A DNA stretch of 34,158 nt from a virus (taxonomy: Duplodnaviria > Heunggongvirae > Uroviricota > Caudoviricetes). Numbering within the stretch: the first letter of the stretch is position 1; each line of letters starts with the position of its first letter. Under the pieces are notes generated by a model that was given only the letters and a program-made list of their open reading frames with translations, was not told the origin of the DNA and searched no databases. The stretch lies in IMG/VR virus record IMGVR_UViG_2667527591_000023; one strand, given 5' to 3'. Position numbers and translations under genes: made by a program. This document shows, piece by piece, positions 9,500 through 18,584 of this stretch.

Positions 9500-10221
9500 G
9501 CCGCCTGCTCCTTGTCAGCCTGGGGCCATTCGCACATAAACAGCATTTTCCAGTCCTCCGGTGATAATTCTTTTTTCATGTCATTCAGCCATTCATCATC
9601 AAAGAGCGCGGCTCCGGTTGCGAGCGTAGCCCCGGATGCTGCAGCGTCATCAGCGGTAAAGGTCATGCAGGTAGTGCTGTTGCGGGCGATCAGATTCTTG
9701 TATTCCTGCCATGCTTCCGGGCTGGGGCTTGGGGTGGTGTAGTAGGTAGCGTGATAGCGCGCGTGCATGGACAGGCTTTTGGCGAGCGCAATCATATTTT
9801 TGGGGGAGTCAGCCCAGGCATACTCTGACACGTAGACGTTTCCATGGAGCGCGGCGGCGAGACTTTCCGGCCCGATAAAATAAATGACCGCACCGTTTGG
9901 GAGTTCCAGATGCGCTTTACCTGATTTTATTTTCCCAAGATGCGTCCAGGCTGCTGCCTCACTTAAAAAAGCTGATATATAGGTTTTGACGGTCAGGGCT
10001 GATGCCGGGGTGCAGCCCAGAAAAATCTGGTTGCGTCCGGTGTGCAGTGCATCGTTCAGGGCTTCGTAGGCGAAAAAGAAATCCGCGCCAGCCTGACGCA
10101 TTTTTGTAAGCACGCGGTTTCTGCTGCGTGCGCCACTGTTCCATTCATGCTGGTAAGCAAAGAAAGGGCGATCTACAGGCAGGCTGGCGGTGGTCATGAG
10201 GTTAGTTGGGGTTGAGTGCAT
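9496..10221 (-). CDS. Terminase large-subunit ATPase-domain paralogue (241 aa) inserted between P and Q; lacks gpP N-terminal region and C-terminal nuclease domain
   Basis: Aligns to central gpP blocks: FAYQHEW/FNYQRHW, RQAGADFFFAYEALNDALHTGRNQIFL / RQIGATFYFAREALIDALLTGRNQIFL, LPNGAVIYFIG / LPNGATLYFLG, YYTTPS / YFSTPS, MLFMCEW / LLMCEF. GGAG RBS; start overlaps P stop (TGATG), stop overlaps Q start (ATGA). Confidence 0.85.
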   Translation of the reverse strand: MHSTPTNLMTTASLPVDRPFFAYQHEWNSGARSRNRVLTKMRQAGADFFFAYEALNDALHTGRNQIFLGCTPASALTVKTYISAFLSEAAAWTHLGKIKSGKAHLELPNGAVIYFIGPESLAAALHGNVYVSEYAWADSPKNMIALAKSLSMHARYHATYYTTPSPSPEAWQEYKNLIARNSTTCMTFTADDAAASGATLATGAALFDDEWLNDMKKELSPEDWKMLFMCEWPQADKEQAA

Positions 10222-11987
10222 CAGAAAATCTCCACAATGTTGCTGGTATTGGCGGCTTCGCCCTGCAGCGGTTCGTTAAACAGTGCGTGCATCGTTGCCC
10301 AGGCCAAATCTGCGTGGCTGGCTTCTTCGCTGCGGCTGGCTTCATAGGTAGGGCGGTTGCCGCTGGCTGTAGTGGCGCGACGGATAGCCATAAAGGATTG
10401 CGCAATGTCGGTGTGCCCGGCGTCAAACTCCAGACGGCGGTGGCTGATAATGTCGTATGCCTTGAGCACCAGTGCGTTTTTGACGTTGGGGTTGTAGACA
10501 AACTCCCGCACCGCAGGAAAGAACGCTTTCACGTTCTCGTAGACACCGTGACCAACGCCGGTCGAGTCGATGCCGATATATGTCACGTTGTACTGCTGCG
10601 TCAGTTTTTTAATGGCATCAGCCTGGGCGCGGAAGTCCATTCCGCGCCACTGGTGACGCTCAAGAATGCGGAACTTACCACCTGGCACGGCTGGCGGTGC
10701 CACCACCACGCATCCGGCGCTGTCGCCGTTCTGCGTACCTTTTGCCGGGTCATAACCGATCCACACTTCGCGCCAGCCAAACGGGCGCAGCGCCAGTGCA
10801 TGAAAGTCGGTCCAGACTTCCCAGCTGTCTACCATGCACGCCTGCAGCTCGCTGAGCGGGAATACGGACGCGAGATCGTCCACGAACTCACACATCAGCA
10901 GATTCTGGTATTCGTCCGGGCTGTACTCCATGCGCAACTGGTCAAGGTCGAACAGGTTACATCCGCCGCGCACCGCATCTTCCACAGTGACTATCTGGCG
11001 GTACTGCCCGTCTGCGCACAGCAGGCCGGGGGCCAGATTGCTGTGGGACAGGTCGATGTCCACCTTATCGGCTTTGTTGCGCCCTCGGTTGAACAGCGCA
11101 CCGGACCAGAACGGATAAGCACTGTGTGTCAGGCTGGATGGCGTGGAAAAATAGGTCTGTCGCCATTTTTTGTGAATAGCCATACCGGAAGCCACTTTGC
11201 GCAGCTCCTGGAATTTCGGTATCCAGAAATATTCATCCAGATACAGGTTGCCGTGGTAACTCTGGGCCGTGCGGGCATTGGTGCCGAGGAAGTAAAGCGT
11301 GGCCCCGTTAGGAAGCACCATCGGATCACCTTTCAGCTCCACCTCGACTTCATTGGCGAAATCGATGATGTACTGCTTAAAGACGTGAGCCTGTGCCTTA
11401 CTGGCAGAAAGGAAAATCTGGTTACGTCCGGTAAGCAGGGCGTCAATCAGGGCCTCACGGGCAAAATAGAAGGTCGCGCCGATCTGGCGTGACTTTAGCA
11501 GGTTGCGGATGCGGTTGGTTTTTCCGGCTTCCCACCAGTGGCGCTGGTAGTTAAACATGGAGGAATGGAAAATTTCTTCCAGCTTCTCAATTTGTTCATC
11601 GGTGAAAACATTCTTTTCCGGCTGACGGCGCGGGCCTTTGTTACGGTTGGCGACGTTAGGGTTTAAGTCGGCTTCGTTGCCGCCATTGTTAAACTTGCCG
11701 ATCCGCGCGTGGCGTTCCGACTGGCGCGCCAGCAGGTCAATTTCTTTGAAATCTTTCCCTTCTTTGTGCTCCTTCATAATGAGCTGGCAGTAGCGTGCGG
11801 CGGTGGTGAGCTGCATCTGATCCAGCGGCCCATAGTCACCCCACTTGTCGCGTTTTTTCCAGCTGTGAACGGTTGCAACTTTCTCGCCCAGCATTTCAGC
11901 AATGCGGGCTACGCGGTATCCCTGAAAGTACAGCAGCATGGCCTGCCGACGGGGATCGAGATCTGCGGGTGTCAGTGTGGTGTTCAT
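10221..11987 (-). CDS. P: Terminase large subunit, ATPase/nuclease (P2 gpP family), 588 aa
   Basis: Size and conserved terminase blocks; heads the leftward late operon. Confidence 0.92.
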   Translation of the reverse strand: MNTTLTPADLDPRRQAMLLYFQGYRVARIAEMLGEKVATVHSWKKRDKWGDYGPLDQMQLTTAARYCQLIMKEHKEGKDFKEIDLLARQSERHARIGKFNNGGNEADLNPNVANRNKGPRRQPEKNVFTDEQIEKLEEIFHSSMFNYQRHWWEAGKTNRIRNLLKSRQIGATFYFAREALIDALLTGRNQIFLSASKAQAHVFKQYIIDFANEVEVELKGDPMVLPNGATLYFLGTNARTAQSYHGNLYLDEYFWIPKFQELRKVASGMAIHKKWRQTYFSTPSSLTHSAYPFWSGALFNRGRNKADKVDIDLSHSNLAPGLLCADGQYRQIVTVEDAVRGGCNLFDLDQLRMEYSPDEYQNLLMCEFVDDLASVFPLSELQACMVDSWEVWTDFHALALRPFGWREVWIGYDPAKGTQNGDSAGCVVVAPPAVPGGKFRILERHQWRGMDFRAQADAIKKLTQQYNVTYIGIDSTGVGHGVYENVKAFFPAVREFVYNPNVKNALVLKAYDIISHRRLEFDAGHTDIAQSFMAIRRATTASGNRPTYEASRSEEASHADLAWATMHALFNEPLQGEAANTSNIVEIF

Positions 11988-12033
11988 GGCACAAACCTAC
12001 AGCCTTGAATGAAGGCTTTCCCCGCCTGCGGTT

Positions 12034-12051
12034 TGTGTGGTTGTCGGTACA
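12034..12051 (+). promoter_or_regulatory. Ogr/Delta-type late promoter activator site TGT-N12-ACA (P_O)
   Basis: TGTgtggttgtcggtACA about 80 bp upstream of the O start, in the P/O divergent region. Confidence 0.6.
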
Positions 12052-12129
12052 AATACCGCGCATTGTTTCACTGCCCCCATCACCGCAACCATAAGGCTCC
12101 AGTAAGTTTTTTCTAACGGAGCACGGCTC

Positions 12130-12963
12130 ATGACAGTGAAAGCAAAGCGTTTTCGCATCGGGGTGGAAGGTGCCACCACCGACGGACGCGAAATCCAGCG
12201 TGAATGGCTGGAACAGATGGCAGCCAGCTACAACCCGGCGGTTTACACCGCGCTGATTAACCTTGAGCACATCAAGTCTTATCTGCCGGACAGCACCTTT
12301 AACCGCTACGGCAAAGTGACGGCGCTGTTTGCTGAAGAAATCACGGAAGGTCCGCTGGCAGGCAAGATGGCGCTGTATGCCGACGTTGAGCCCACGGAGT
12401 CCCTGGTGGAGCTGGTGAAAAAAGGCCAGAAATTATTCACCTCTATGGAAGTCAGCCCGAAGTTCGCTGATACGGGCAAAGCCTACCTGGTCGGCCTGGC
12501 TGCCACTGATGACCCTGCCAGTCTGGGCACTGAAATGCTGACATTCAGCGCCAGTGCAGCCCATAACCCGCTGGCAAACCGCAAGCAGAATCCCGCCAAT
12601 CTTTTTACCGCTGCAGAGGAAACGGTGATCGAACTGGAAGAAATCCAGGATGACAAACCGTCCCTGTTTGCCCGTGTCACGGCGCTGTTCACCAAAAAAG
12701 AGCAGTCCGATGACGCCCGGTTCTCTGATGTGCATAAGGCCGTGGAACTGGTCGCCACTGAGCAGCAGAACCTGAGTGCGCGCACCGAAAAATCCCTGTC
12801 TGAGCAGGAAGAACGCCTGTCTGAGCTGGAGACTGCCCTGCAGGCACAGCAGACCGCCTTTAACGAACTGGTGGACAAGCTGAGCCAAGAAGACAGCCGC
12901 CAGGACTACCGCCAGCGTGCAACAGGCGGTAACGCCCCCGCTGACACTCTGACCAATTGCTGA
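12130..12963 (+). CDS. O: Capsid scaffolding protein (P2 gpO family)
   Basis: Position, size, acidic/coiled-coil C-terminal half. Confidence 0.88.
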   Translation: MTVKAKRFRIGVEGATTDGREIQREWLEQMAASYNPAVYTALINLEHIKSYLPDSTFNRYGKVTALFAEEITEGPLAGKMALYADVEPTESLVELVKKGQKLFTSMEVSPKFADTGKAYLVGLAATDDPASLGTEMLTFSASAAHNPLANRKQNPANLFTAAEETVIELEEIQDDKPSLFARVTALFTKKEQSDDARFSDVHKAVELVATEQQNLSARTEKSLSEQEERLSELETALQAQQTAFNELVDKLSQEDSRQDYRQRATGGNAPADTLTNC

Positions 12964-12979
12964 TGGAGCACAAAACCTG

Positions 12980-14038
12980 ATGAAGAAGAATACCCGCTTT
13001 GCTTTTAACGCTTACCTGCAGCAACTGGCGCGTCTGAACGGTGTGGCAGTTGAAGAACTGTCCAGCAAGTTCACCGTAGAGCCGTCCGTGCAGCAGACAT
13101 TGGAAGACCAGATCCAGCAATCCGCCGCTTTCCTGACGCTGATTAACGTCACGCCAGTGACTGAGCAGTCCGGTCAGCTGCTGGGGTTGGGAGTTGGCAG
13201 CACCATTGCCGGAACCACTGATACCACCGCGAAAGAGCGTGAACCTGTCGATCCGACGCTGATGGTCGATGTGGAATATAAATGCGAGCAGACCAACTTT
13301 GACACGGTACTGACCTACGCGAAGCTGGACCTGTGGGCGAAGTTTCAGGATTTTCAGGTGCGTATCCGTGACGCCATCGTGAAACGTCAGGCACTGGACC
13401 GCATCATGATCGGCTTTAACGGCGTGAAGCGTGCGAAAACCTCCAACCGTAGCGAAAACCCGTTACTGCAGGATGTGAATAAAGGCTGGCTGCAGAAAAT
13501 CCGTGAGGATGCACCGGATCACGTCATGGGCAGCACCACCACGGGCGGTGAAACCACACCGGGTGCGGTGAAAGTCGGGAAAGGTGGCGAATATGCCAAC
13601 CTGGACGCCGTGGTGATGGATGCCGTTAATGAGCTTATCGACGTGGTCTATCAGGACGATGACGATCTGGTGGTGATTTGCGGTCGTGAACTGCTGTCTG
13701 ACAAGTATTTCCCGCTGGTCAACAAAGAGCAGGAAAACAGTGAAAAACTGGCTGCCGATATGATCATCAGTCAGAAACGCATGGGTGGCCTGCAGGCCGT
13801 GCGTGCGCCGTTCTTCCCGCCGAATGCGCTGCTGATCACCCGTCTGGATAACCTGTCCATCTACTGGCAGGAAGACACCCGCCGCCGTTCAGTTATCGAC
13901 AACCCGAAACGTGACCGGATTGAAAACTTTGAATCCGTTAACGAAGCCTATGTGGTTGAGGACTACCGCTGCGCCGCACTGGTGGAAAACATCCAGATTG
14001 GTGATTTCAGCGCCGCCGCAGCCGAAACCGGAGCGTAA
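12980..14038 (+). CDS. N: Major capsid protein (P2 gpN family)
   Basis: Position and size (352 aa). Confidence 0.9.
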   Translation: MKKNTRFAFNAYLQQLARLNGVAVEELSSKFTVEPSVQQTLEDQIQQSAAFLTLINVTPVTEQSGQLLGLGVGSTIAGTTDTTAKEREPVDPTLMVDVEYKCEQTNFDTVLTYAKLDLWAKFQDFQVRIRDAIVKRQALDRIMIGFNGVKRAKTSNRSENPLLQDVNKGWLQKIREDAPDHVMGSTTTGGETTPGAVKVGKGGEYANLDAVVMDAVNELIDVVYQDDDDLVVICGRELLSDKYFPLVNKEQENSEKLAADMIISQKRMGGLQAVRAPFFPPNALLITRLDNLSIYWQEDTRRRSVIDNPKRDRIENFESVNEAYVVEDYRCAALVENIQIGDFSAAAAETGA

Positions 14039-14041
14039 TCC

Positions 14042-14692
14042 ATGAGCCTGAGTCCCGCACGGCAGCATCGCCTGCGCGTTCAGGCTGAACAGGCCGCCCG
14101 CGAGGGCGGCAGTGTTCGCCACGCATCGGGCTATGACCTGATGCTGCTGCAACTGGCGGAAGACCGCCGCCGTCTCAAGGGCGTTCAGTCCACGGTCAAA
14201 AAAGCGGAAATCAAGGTGGAGCTGCTGCCGAAGTACGCCGCCTGGGCAGAGGGTGTCCTGGCTGCCGGAGGCGCTCAACAGGATGACGTGCTGATGTACG
14301 TGATGCTGTGGCGCATTGATGCTGGAGATTATGCCGGAGCGCTGGAGATCGGGCGTCATGCCCTGCGTCATGGCTGGGTGATGCCGCTGGGTAACCGCAA
14401 CGTGCAGACCGTGCTGGCAGAGGAAATGGCAGACGCCGCGCAGAGCGCAATGCTTGCCACCACCGGCTTTGATGCCGATCTGTTGCTGCAGACGCTGGAG
14501 CTGACAGACGGTCTGGATATGCCGGACCAGTCACGGGCGCGTCTGCATAAAGCGATTGGCGCGGTCCTGAGTGAAAGCAATCCGGCGTCTGCCCTTAATC
14601 ATCTCAACCATGCGTTACAGCTCGATCCCCGCTGTGGCGTGAAAAAAGACAAACAGCAGCTGGAGCGCAGACTGCGCAATGACAGCCGCTGA
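14042..14692 (+). CDS. M: Terminase small (endonuclease) subunit (P2 gpM family)
   Basis: Position after N; size 216 aa. Confidence 0.85.
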   Translation: MSLSPARQHRLRVQAEQAAREGGSVRHASGYDLMLLQLAEDRRRLKGVQSTVKKAEIKVELLPKYAAWAEGVLAAGGAQQDDVLMYVMLWRIDAGDYAGALEIGRHALRHGWVMPLGNRNVQTVLAEEMADAAQSAMLATTGFDADLLLQTLELTDGLDMPDQSRARLHKAIGAVLSESNPASALNHLNHALQLDPRCGVKKDKQQLERRLRNDSR

Positions 14693-14787
14693 CAGAACGT
14701 GCCCCCGCGCACGGGCGGCACGGGGTGGCGAAAGGCACTGCCACATCAAAACCCCGTCCACCGCCCTCTATTTCAGGAGAAAGCAGC

Positions 14788-15252
14788 ATGAAGTTTGTTG
14801 CGCCAGAACAGGCACCGGAACAGGCGGAAATCATCAGAAATACGCCGTTCTGGCCTGATGTGGACCTGTCGGAGTTTCGCAGTGTCATGCGCACTGACGG
14901 CACGGTGACGCAGCCGCGTTTAAAGCAGGTTGCGCTGTCGGCAATTTCGGAGGTCAACGCAGAGCTGTATGAGTTTCGCAGACGCCAGCAGATGCTGGGG
15001 TATGCCTCGCTGGCAGAGGTTCCGGCGGAACAGCTGGACGGCAAAAGTGAGCGCATTCAGCACTATTTCAACGCGGTTTACTGCTGGGCACGCGCCATGC
15101 TCAACGAACGTTACCAGGACTATGACGCCACGGCATCCGGTGTGAAGCGGGGCGAGGAACTGGCGGAAGCCAGCGGTGATTTATGGCGTGACGCCCGCTG
15201 GGCCATCAGCCGGGTACAGGACGCGCCGCACTGCACAGTGGAGCTTATCTGA
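14788..15252 (+). CDS. L: Head completion/stabilisation protein (P2 gpL family); ATG 14788 preferred over upstream non-ATG track start
   Basis: AGGAG RBS before ATG 14788; position. Confidence 0.85.
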   Translation: MKFVAPEQAPEQAEIIRNTPFWPDVDLSEFRSVMRTDGTVTQPRLKQVALSAISEVNAELYEFRRRQQMLGYASLAEVPAEQLDGKSERIQHYFNAVYCWARAMLNERYQDYDATASGVKRGEELAEASGDLWRDARWAISRVQDAPHCTVELI

Positions 15253-15455
15253 TGAAAGTGCGTGCGCATCAGTATGACACGGTGGACGCGCTTTGCTGGC
15301 GTCATTACGGGCGCACGCAGGGTGTCACGGAGCAGGTACTGAAGGCAAATCCGGGGCTTGCCGAATATGGCCCCTTTTTACCTCACGGGCTGCAGGTGGA
15401 GCTGCCGGACATTCCGACAACCACCACCGTGCAGACCGTCCAGCTATGGGACTGA
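15252..15455 (+). CDS. X: Tail protein X (P2 gpX family), 67 aa
   Basis: Size and position; start overlaps L stop. Confidence 0.85.
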   Translation: MKVRAHQYDTVDALCWRHYGRTQGVTEQVLKANPGLAEYGPFLPHGLQVELPDIPTTTTVQTVQLWD

Positions 15456-15458
15456 ATT

Positions 15459-15674
15459 ATGACGCTTGAGCGAATCAGCGCCTTTATCACGTATTGCATC
15501 GCCGTCGTGCTGGCCTGGCTGGGCGATTTGTCCATCAAGGATGCCTCAACGCTGGGCGGCCTGATGATCGGTGTGCTGATGCTGGCTATCAACTGGTACT
15601 ACAAACACAAAGCCTACCAGCTTCTGCGCGACGGGCAGATCACGCGGGAGGACTATGAATCCATCAATCGTTAA
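15459..15674 (+). CDS. Class II holin / pinholin-like protein (71 aa, two predicted TM helices)
   Basis: Two hydrophobic segments plus charged C-terminus; immediately precedes and overlaps the endolysin. Confidence 0.75.
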   Translation: MTLERISAFITYCIAVVLAWLGDLSIKDASTLGGLMIGVLMLAINWYYKHKAYQLLRDGQITREDYESINR

Positions 15675-16167
15675 ACGCTGCCTTGTCGGGACCGTGCTGG
15701 CTATTGCTGCCACGCTGCCGGGTTTTCAGCAGCTTCACACCTCCGTGGAAGGACTGAAACTGATTGCCGATTACGAAGGCTGTCGTCTGCAGCCGTATCA
15801 GTGCAGCGCGGGTGTATGGACTGACGGCATTGGTAATACGTCGGGCGTCATTCCCGGCAAAACCATTACGGAACGACAGGCAGCAGAAGGGCTTATCTCC
15901 AACGTGCTGCGTGTGGAGCGGGCGCTGGAAAGATGTGTGAAGCAACAGCCGCCACAAAAGGTGTATGACTCGGTGGTGTCGTTTGCCTTCAACGTGGGGA
16001 CAGGCAATGCCTGCAGCTCCACGCTGGTGAAATTGCTCAATCAGCGGCGCTGGGCGGATGCGTGCCGACAGTTGCCGCGCTGGGTTTATGTAAAAGGTGT
16101 GTTTAATCAGGGGCTGGATAACCGCCGTGCGCGGGAGATGGCCTGGTGTTTACAGGGAGCAAACTGA
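15655..16167 (+). CDS. SAR endolysin, P1 Lyz / phage 21 R-like lysozyme (170 aa)
   Basis: Gly/Ala-rich weakly hydrophobic N-terminal segment containing Cys9; catalytic region EG..L.AY.....GVWTDG.G.T; Cys pair in YEGCRLQPYQC. Confidence 0.85.
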   Translation: MNPSIVKRCLVGTVLAIAATLPGFQQLHTSVEGLKLIADYEGCRLQPYQCSAGVWTDGIGNTSGVIPGKTITERQAAEGLISNVLRVERALERCVKQQPPQKVYDSVVSFAFNVGTGNACSSTLVKLLNQRRWADACRQLPRWVYVKGVFNQGLDNRRAREMAWCLQGAN

Positions 16168-16168
16168 A

Positions 16169-16546
16169 ATGAAAAAGAAATTAATCAGCGGACTGTTTCT
16201 GATGTTATGGATGGCGTTGTTAATCGCAGCAATGGTGTATCCGCAGGGGATTTTTCCGGTACTGGCAGCGTCCGGCGTTTGGGTAGCCTGTTTGCTGACA
16301 TGGGCGGTAATTCCGGTAGCACTGGCTGCGTTAATTAATAATAGCCCGCTCTGGCAGGAGTTAAGGGCATCTTTGCTGAAGACAATTACCCGAAAAGAAA
16401 ACGTATTTATCAGTTGGGTGATGCGATTGCTGATTGTCGTAAGTCTCGCCTGGACGGGGTGGGCTATTACCCTGGTCTTTTATCTGCTGACCGTTATTGC
16501 CTTCTGGATCACCCGTAATCAGATGGCGCAACAGGTAGCAGCATGA
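16169..16546 (+). CDS. lysA: LysA-like multi-TM membrane protein (125 aa)
   Basis: Predicted TM helices; position between endolysin and spanin genes. Confidence 0.6.
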   Translation: MKKKLISGLFLMLWMALLIAAMVYPQGIFPVLAASGVWVACLLTWAVIPVALAALINNSPLWQELRASLLKTITRKENVFISWVMRLLIVVSLAWTGWAITLVFYLLTVIAFWITRNQMAQQVAA

Positions 16547-16971
16547 ACCGGTTGCTGCTGGTTGTGCTGGCGTTATTACTGGCGGCGCTGGGCTGGCAGA
16601 CGTGGCGGCTGGCTGATGCCAGCCAGACCATCAGCACGCAGTCAGACGAGCTGCAGAGCAAAAGCCAGACACTGGCAAAGAGCAACAGCCAGCTTATTAG
16701 CCTGTCCATTCTGACTGAAACCAATAACCGGGAGCAGGCGCGGCTCTATGCCGAAGCAGAACAGACCAGCGCGCTGCTGAGACAACGACAACACCGGATC
16801 GAGGAGCTGAAACGTGAGAACGAGGATTTACGCCGCTGGGCTGATACTCCTTTGCCTGCTGACATTATCCGGCTGCGGGAACGTCCGACACTCACCGGAG
16901 GTGCAGCTTACCGTCAGTGGTTGTCCGCGAGTGACGCCGTGTCGGCTGGAGCAGGCAACGCCGCGCACTAA
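16543..16971 (+). CDS. lysB: Inner-membrane spanin component (Rz / P2 LysB-like)
   Basis: N-terminal TM anchor, coiled-coil middle, Pro-rich end; ATGA overlap with upstream gene. Confidence 0.8.
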   Translation: MNRLLLVVLALLLAALGWQTWRLADASQTISTQSDELQSKSQTLAKSNSQLISLSILTETNNREQARLYAEAEQTSALLRQRQHRIEELKRENEDLRRWADTPLPADIIRLRERPTLTGGAAYRQWLSASDAVSAGAGNAAH

Positions 16972-17104
16972 CGGTGATCTGGACGCGTTGCTGGATGAAA
17001 CGGAGGCCGCCTGGGCGGTCTGTGCAGACAAAGTGGACATGATTATTGCGTGTCAGGAGCGAAACAGTGAACAAACCACAATCCCTGCGCCACGCCCTCA
17101 ATAA
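16814..17104 (+). CDS. lysC: Outer-membrane lipoprotein spanin component (Rz1 / P2 LysC-like), GTG start, overlapping lysB in another frame
   Basis: Lipobox LTLSGC after signal peptide; GAGGAG RBS; begins inside lysB and extends past it. Confidence 0.75.
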   Translation: MRTRIYAAGLILLCLLTLSGCGNVRHSPEVQLTVSGCPRVTPCRLEQATPRTNGDLDALLDETEAAWAVCADKVDMIIACQERNSEQTTIPAPRPQ

Positions 17105-17498
17105 AGCGGTGCCTTATGTCCGCAATAACCCGGACAAACTGCATCTGTTTGTGGATAACGGTTCGCTGGTTGCCACGGGGGCCAGCTCCATGTCGTGGGA
17201 GTACCGTTACACCCTGAACGCGGTGATTGAGGATTTCAGCGGCGACCAGAATCTGCTGATGGCCCCGGTTTTGCTGTGGCTGAGGGATAACCAGCCCGAT
17301 GCCATCAATAACCCGGCGTTACGGGAAAAACTATTCACCTTTGAGGTGGATATTCTGCGCAACGATGTCTGTGATATCAGCCTGAACCTGCAACTGACGG
17401 AACGTGTGCTGGTCAGCACTGACGGCAGTGTGTCGAGTGTTGAAGCTGTAGCGGAACCCGATGAACCTGAAGAAATGTGGACGGTGAAACGTGGCTGA
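17067..17498 (+). CDS. R: Tail completion protein (P2 gpR family); GTG 17067 preferred, TTG 17046 possible
   Basis: Position and size; AGGAG RBS before GTG. Confidence 0.8.
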   Translation: MNKPQSLRHALNKAVPYVRNNPDKLHLFVDNGSLVATGASSMSWEYRYTLNAVIEDFSGDQNLLMAPVLLWLRDNQPDAINNPALREKLFTFEVDILRNDVCDISLNLQLTERVLVSTDGSVSSVEAVAEPDEPEEMWTVKRG

Positions 17499-17937
17499 AC
17501 TGCAGAAGGTGGACGACTGGCTGAGTGCTTTGCTGGCGAATCTGGAGCCAGCCGCCAGAAGCCGCATGATGCGCCAGCTGGCGCAGGAACTGCGCCGGAC
17601 ACAGCAGCAGAATATCAGGATGCAGCGCAACCCTGACGGCAGCAGCTATGAGCCGCGACGGGTAACAGCACGAAGTAAAAAAGGGCGCATCAAACGTCAG
17701 ATGTTTGCAAAGCTGCGCACCACAAAATACCTGAAAACCGCCGCCAGCGCGGATTCTGCCAGCGTACAGTTTGAAGGTAAGGTGCAGAGCATTGCCCGCG
17801 TTCACCATTATGGCCTGCGTGATCGCGTCAGCCGCAAAGGACCGGAGGTCCGTTACGCAGAGCGTCGCCTTCTGGGTGTAAATGATGATGTTGAGGCAAT
17901 GACCCGCGACATGATTCTGCAATGGCTGGCGGGGTGA
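17491..17937 (+). CDS. S: Tail completion / virion morphogenesis protein (P2 gpS family)
   Basis: Position and size; start overlaps R stop. Confidence 0.8.
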   Translation: MAELQKVDDWLSALLANLEPAARSRMMRQLAQELRRTQQQNIRMQRNPDGSSYEPRRVTARSKKGRIKRQMFAKLRTTKYLKTAASADSASVQFEGKVQSIARVHHYGLRDRVSRKGPEVRYAERRLLGVNDDVEAMTRDMILQWLAG

Positions 17938-17941
17938 TCTT

Positions 17942-17959
17942 TGTATCAGCACTGATACA
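17942..17959 (+). promoter_or_regulatory. Ogr/Delta-type late promoter activator site TGT-N12-ACA (P_V)
   Basis: TGTatcagcactgatACA with palindromic spacer, about 55 bp upstream of V. Confidence 0.65.
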
Positions 17960-18005
17960 AGTTGCAGCACTGCCGCCTTTCTTCCCCTGATGGCAACCTT
18001 TCCCT

Positions 18006-18584
18006 ATGAACGCACAATTAACCGAAATCATGCGCCTTATCACCAACCTGATCCGCACTGGTGTAGTCACCGAAGTGGACCGGGAGAATTGGCTTTGCCG
18101 GGTGAAAACGGGCGAGCTTGAAACCAACTGGATCAGCTGGCTGACGCTGCGTGCCGGGAATGCCCGCACATGGTGGCGACCATCGGAAGGTGAGCAGGTG
18201 GTGCTGCTGAGTCTGGGCGGCAATCTGGAAACCGCGTTTGCCCTGCCTGCGGTCTACTCAAACCAGTTTCCGCCACCTTCAGATTCTGAGGACGGCAACG
18301 TGGTTGAGTACCCGGACGGTGGCTGGTTTGAATACGAACCCGCCACCGGGCGCTGGTATGTCAGGGGCATCAAATCAATGGTCATTGAGGCCGCTGACAA
18401 CATCACCATGAAAACCAGTGAGTTTGTACTGGAGGCTGACCGCACGCGCATTAACAGCGAAGTGGTGATCAATGGTGGCGTTACCCAGGGCGGCGGAGCG
18501 ATGAGTTCTAACGGGATCGTGGTTGATGCGCATCAGCATACTGGCGTCCTGAAAGGCGGCGACACAACCGGAGGCCCGGTATGA
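18006..18584 (+). CDS. V: Baseplate spike/assembly protein (P2 gpV family)
   Basis: Position and size (192 aa); Gly-rich C-terminus. Confidence 0.88.
   Translation: MNAQLTEIMRLITNLIRTGVVTEVDRENWLCRVKTGELETNWISWLTLRAGNARTWWRPSEGEQVVLLSLGGNLETAFALPAVYSNQFPPPSDSEDGNVVEYPDGGWFEYEPATGRWYVRGIKSMVIEAADNITMKTSEFVLEADRTRINSEVVINGGVTQGGGAMSSNGIVVDAHQHTGVLKGGDTTGGPV

Noticed and set aside
10206-11492. 428-aa plus-strand ORF antisense to terminase P
   Set aside because: Lies entirely within a well-supported gene on the other strand; GC-rich antisense frames often stay open by chance; composition not protein-like.
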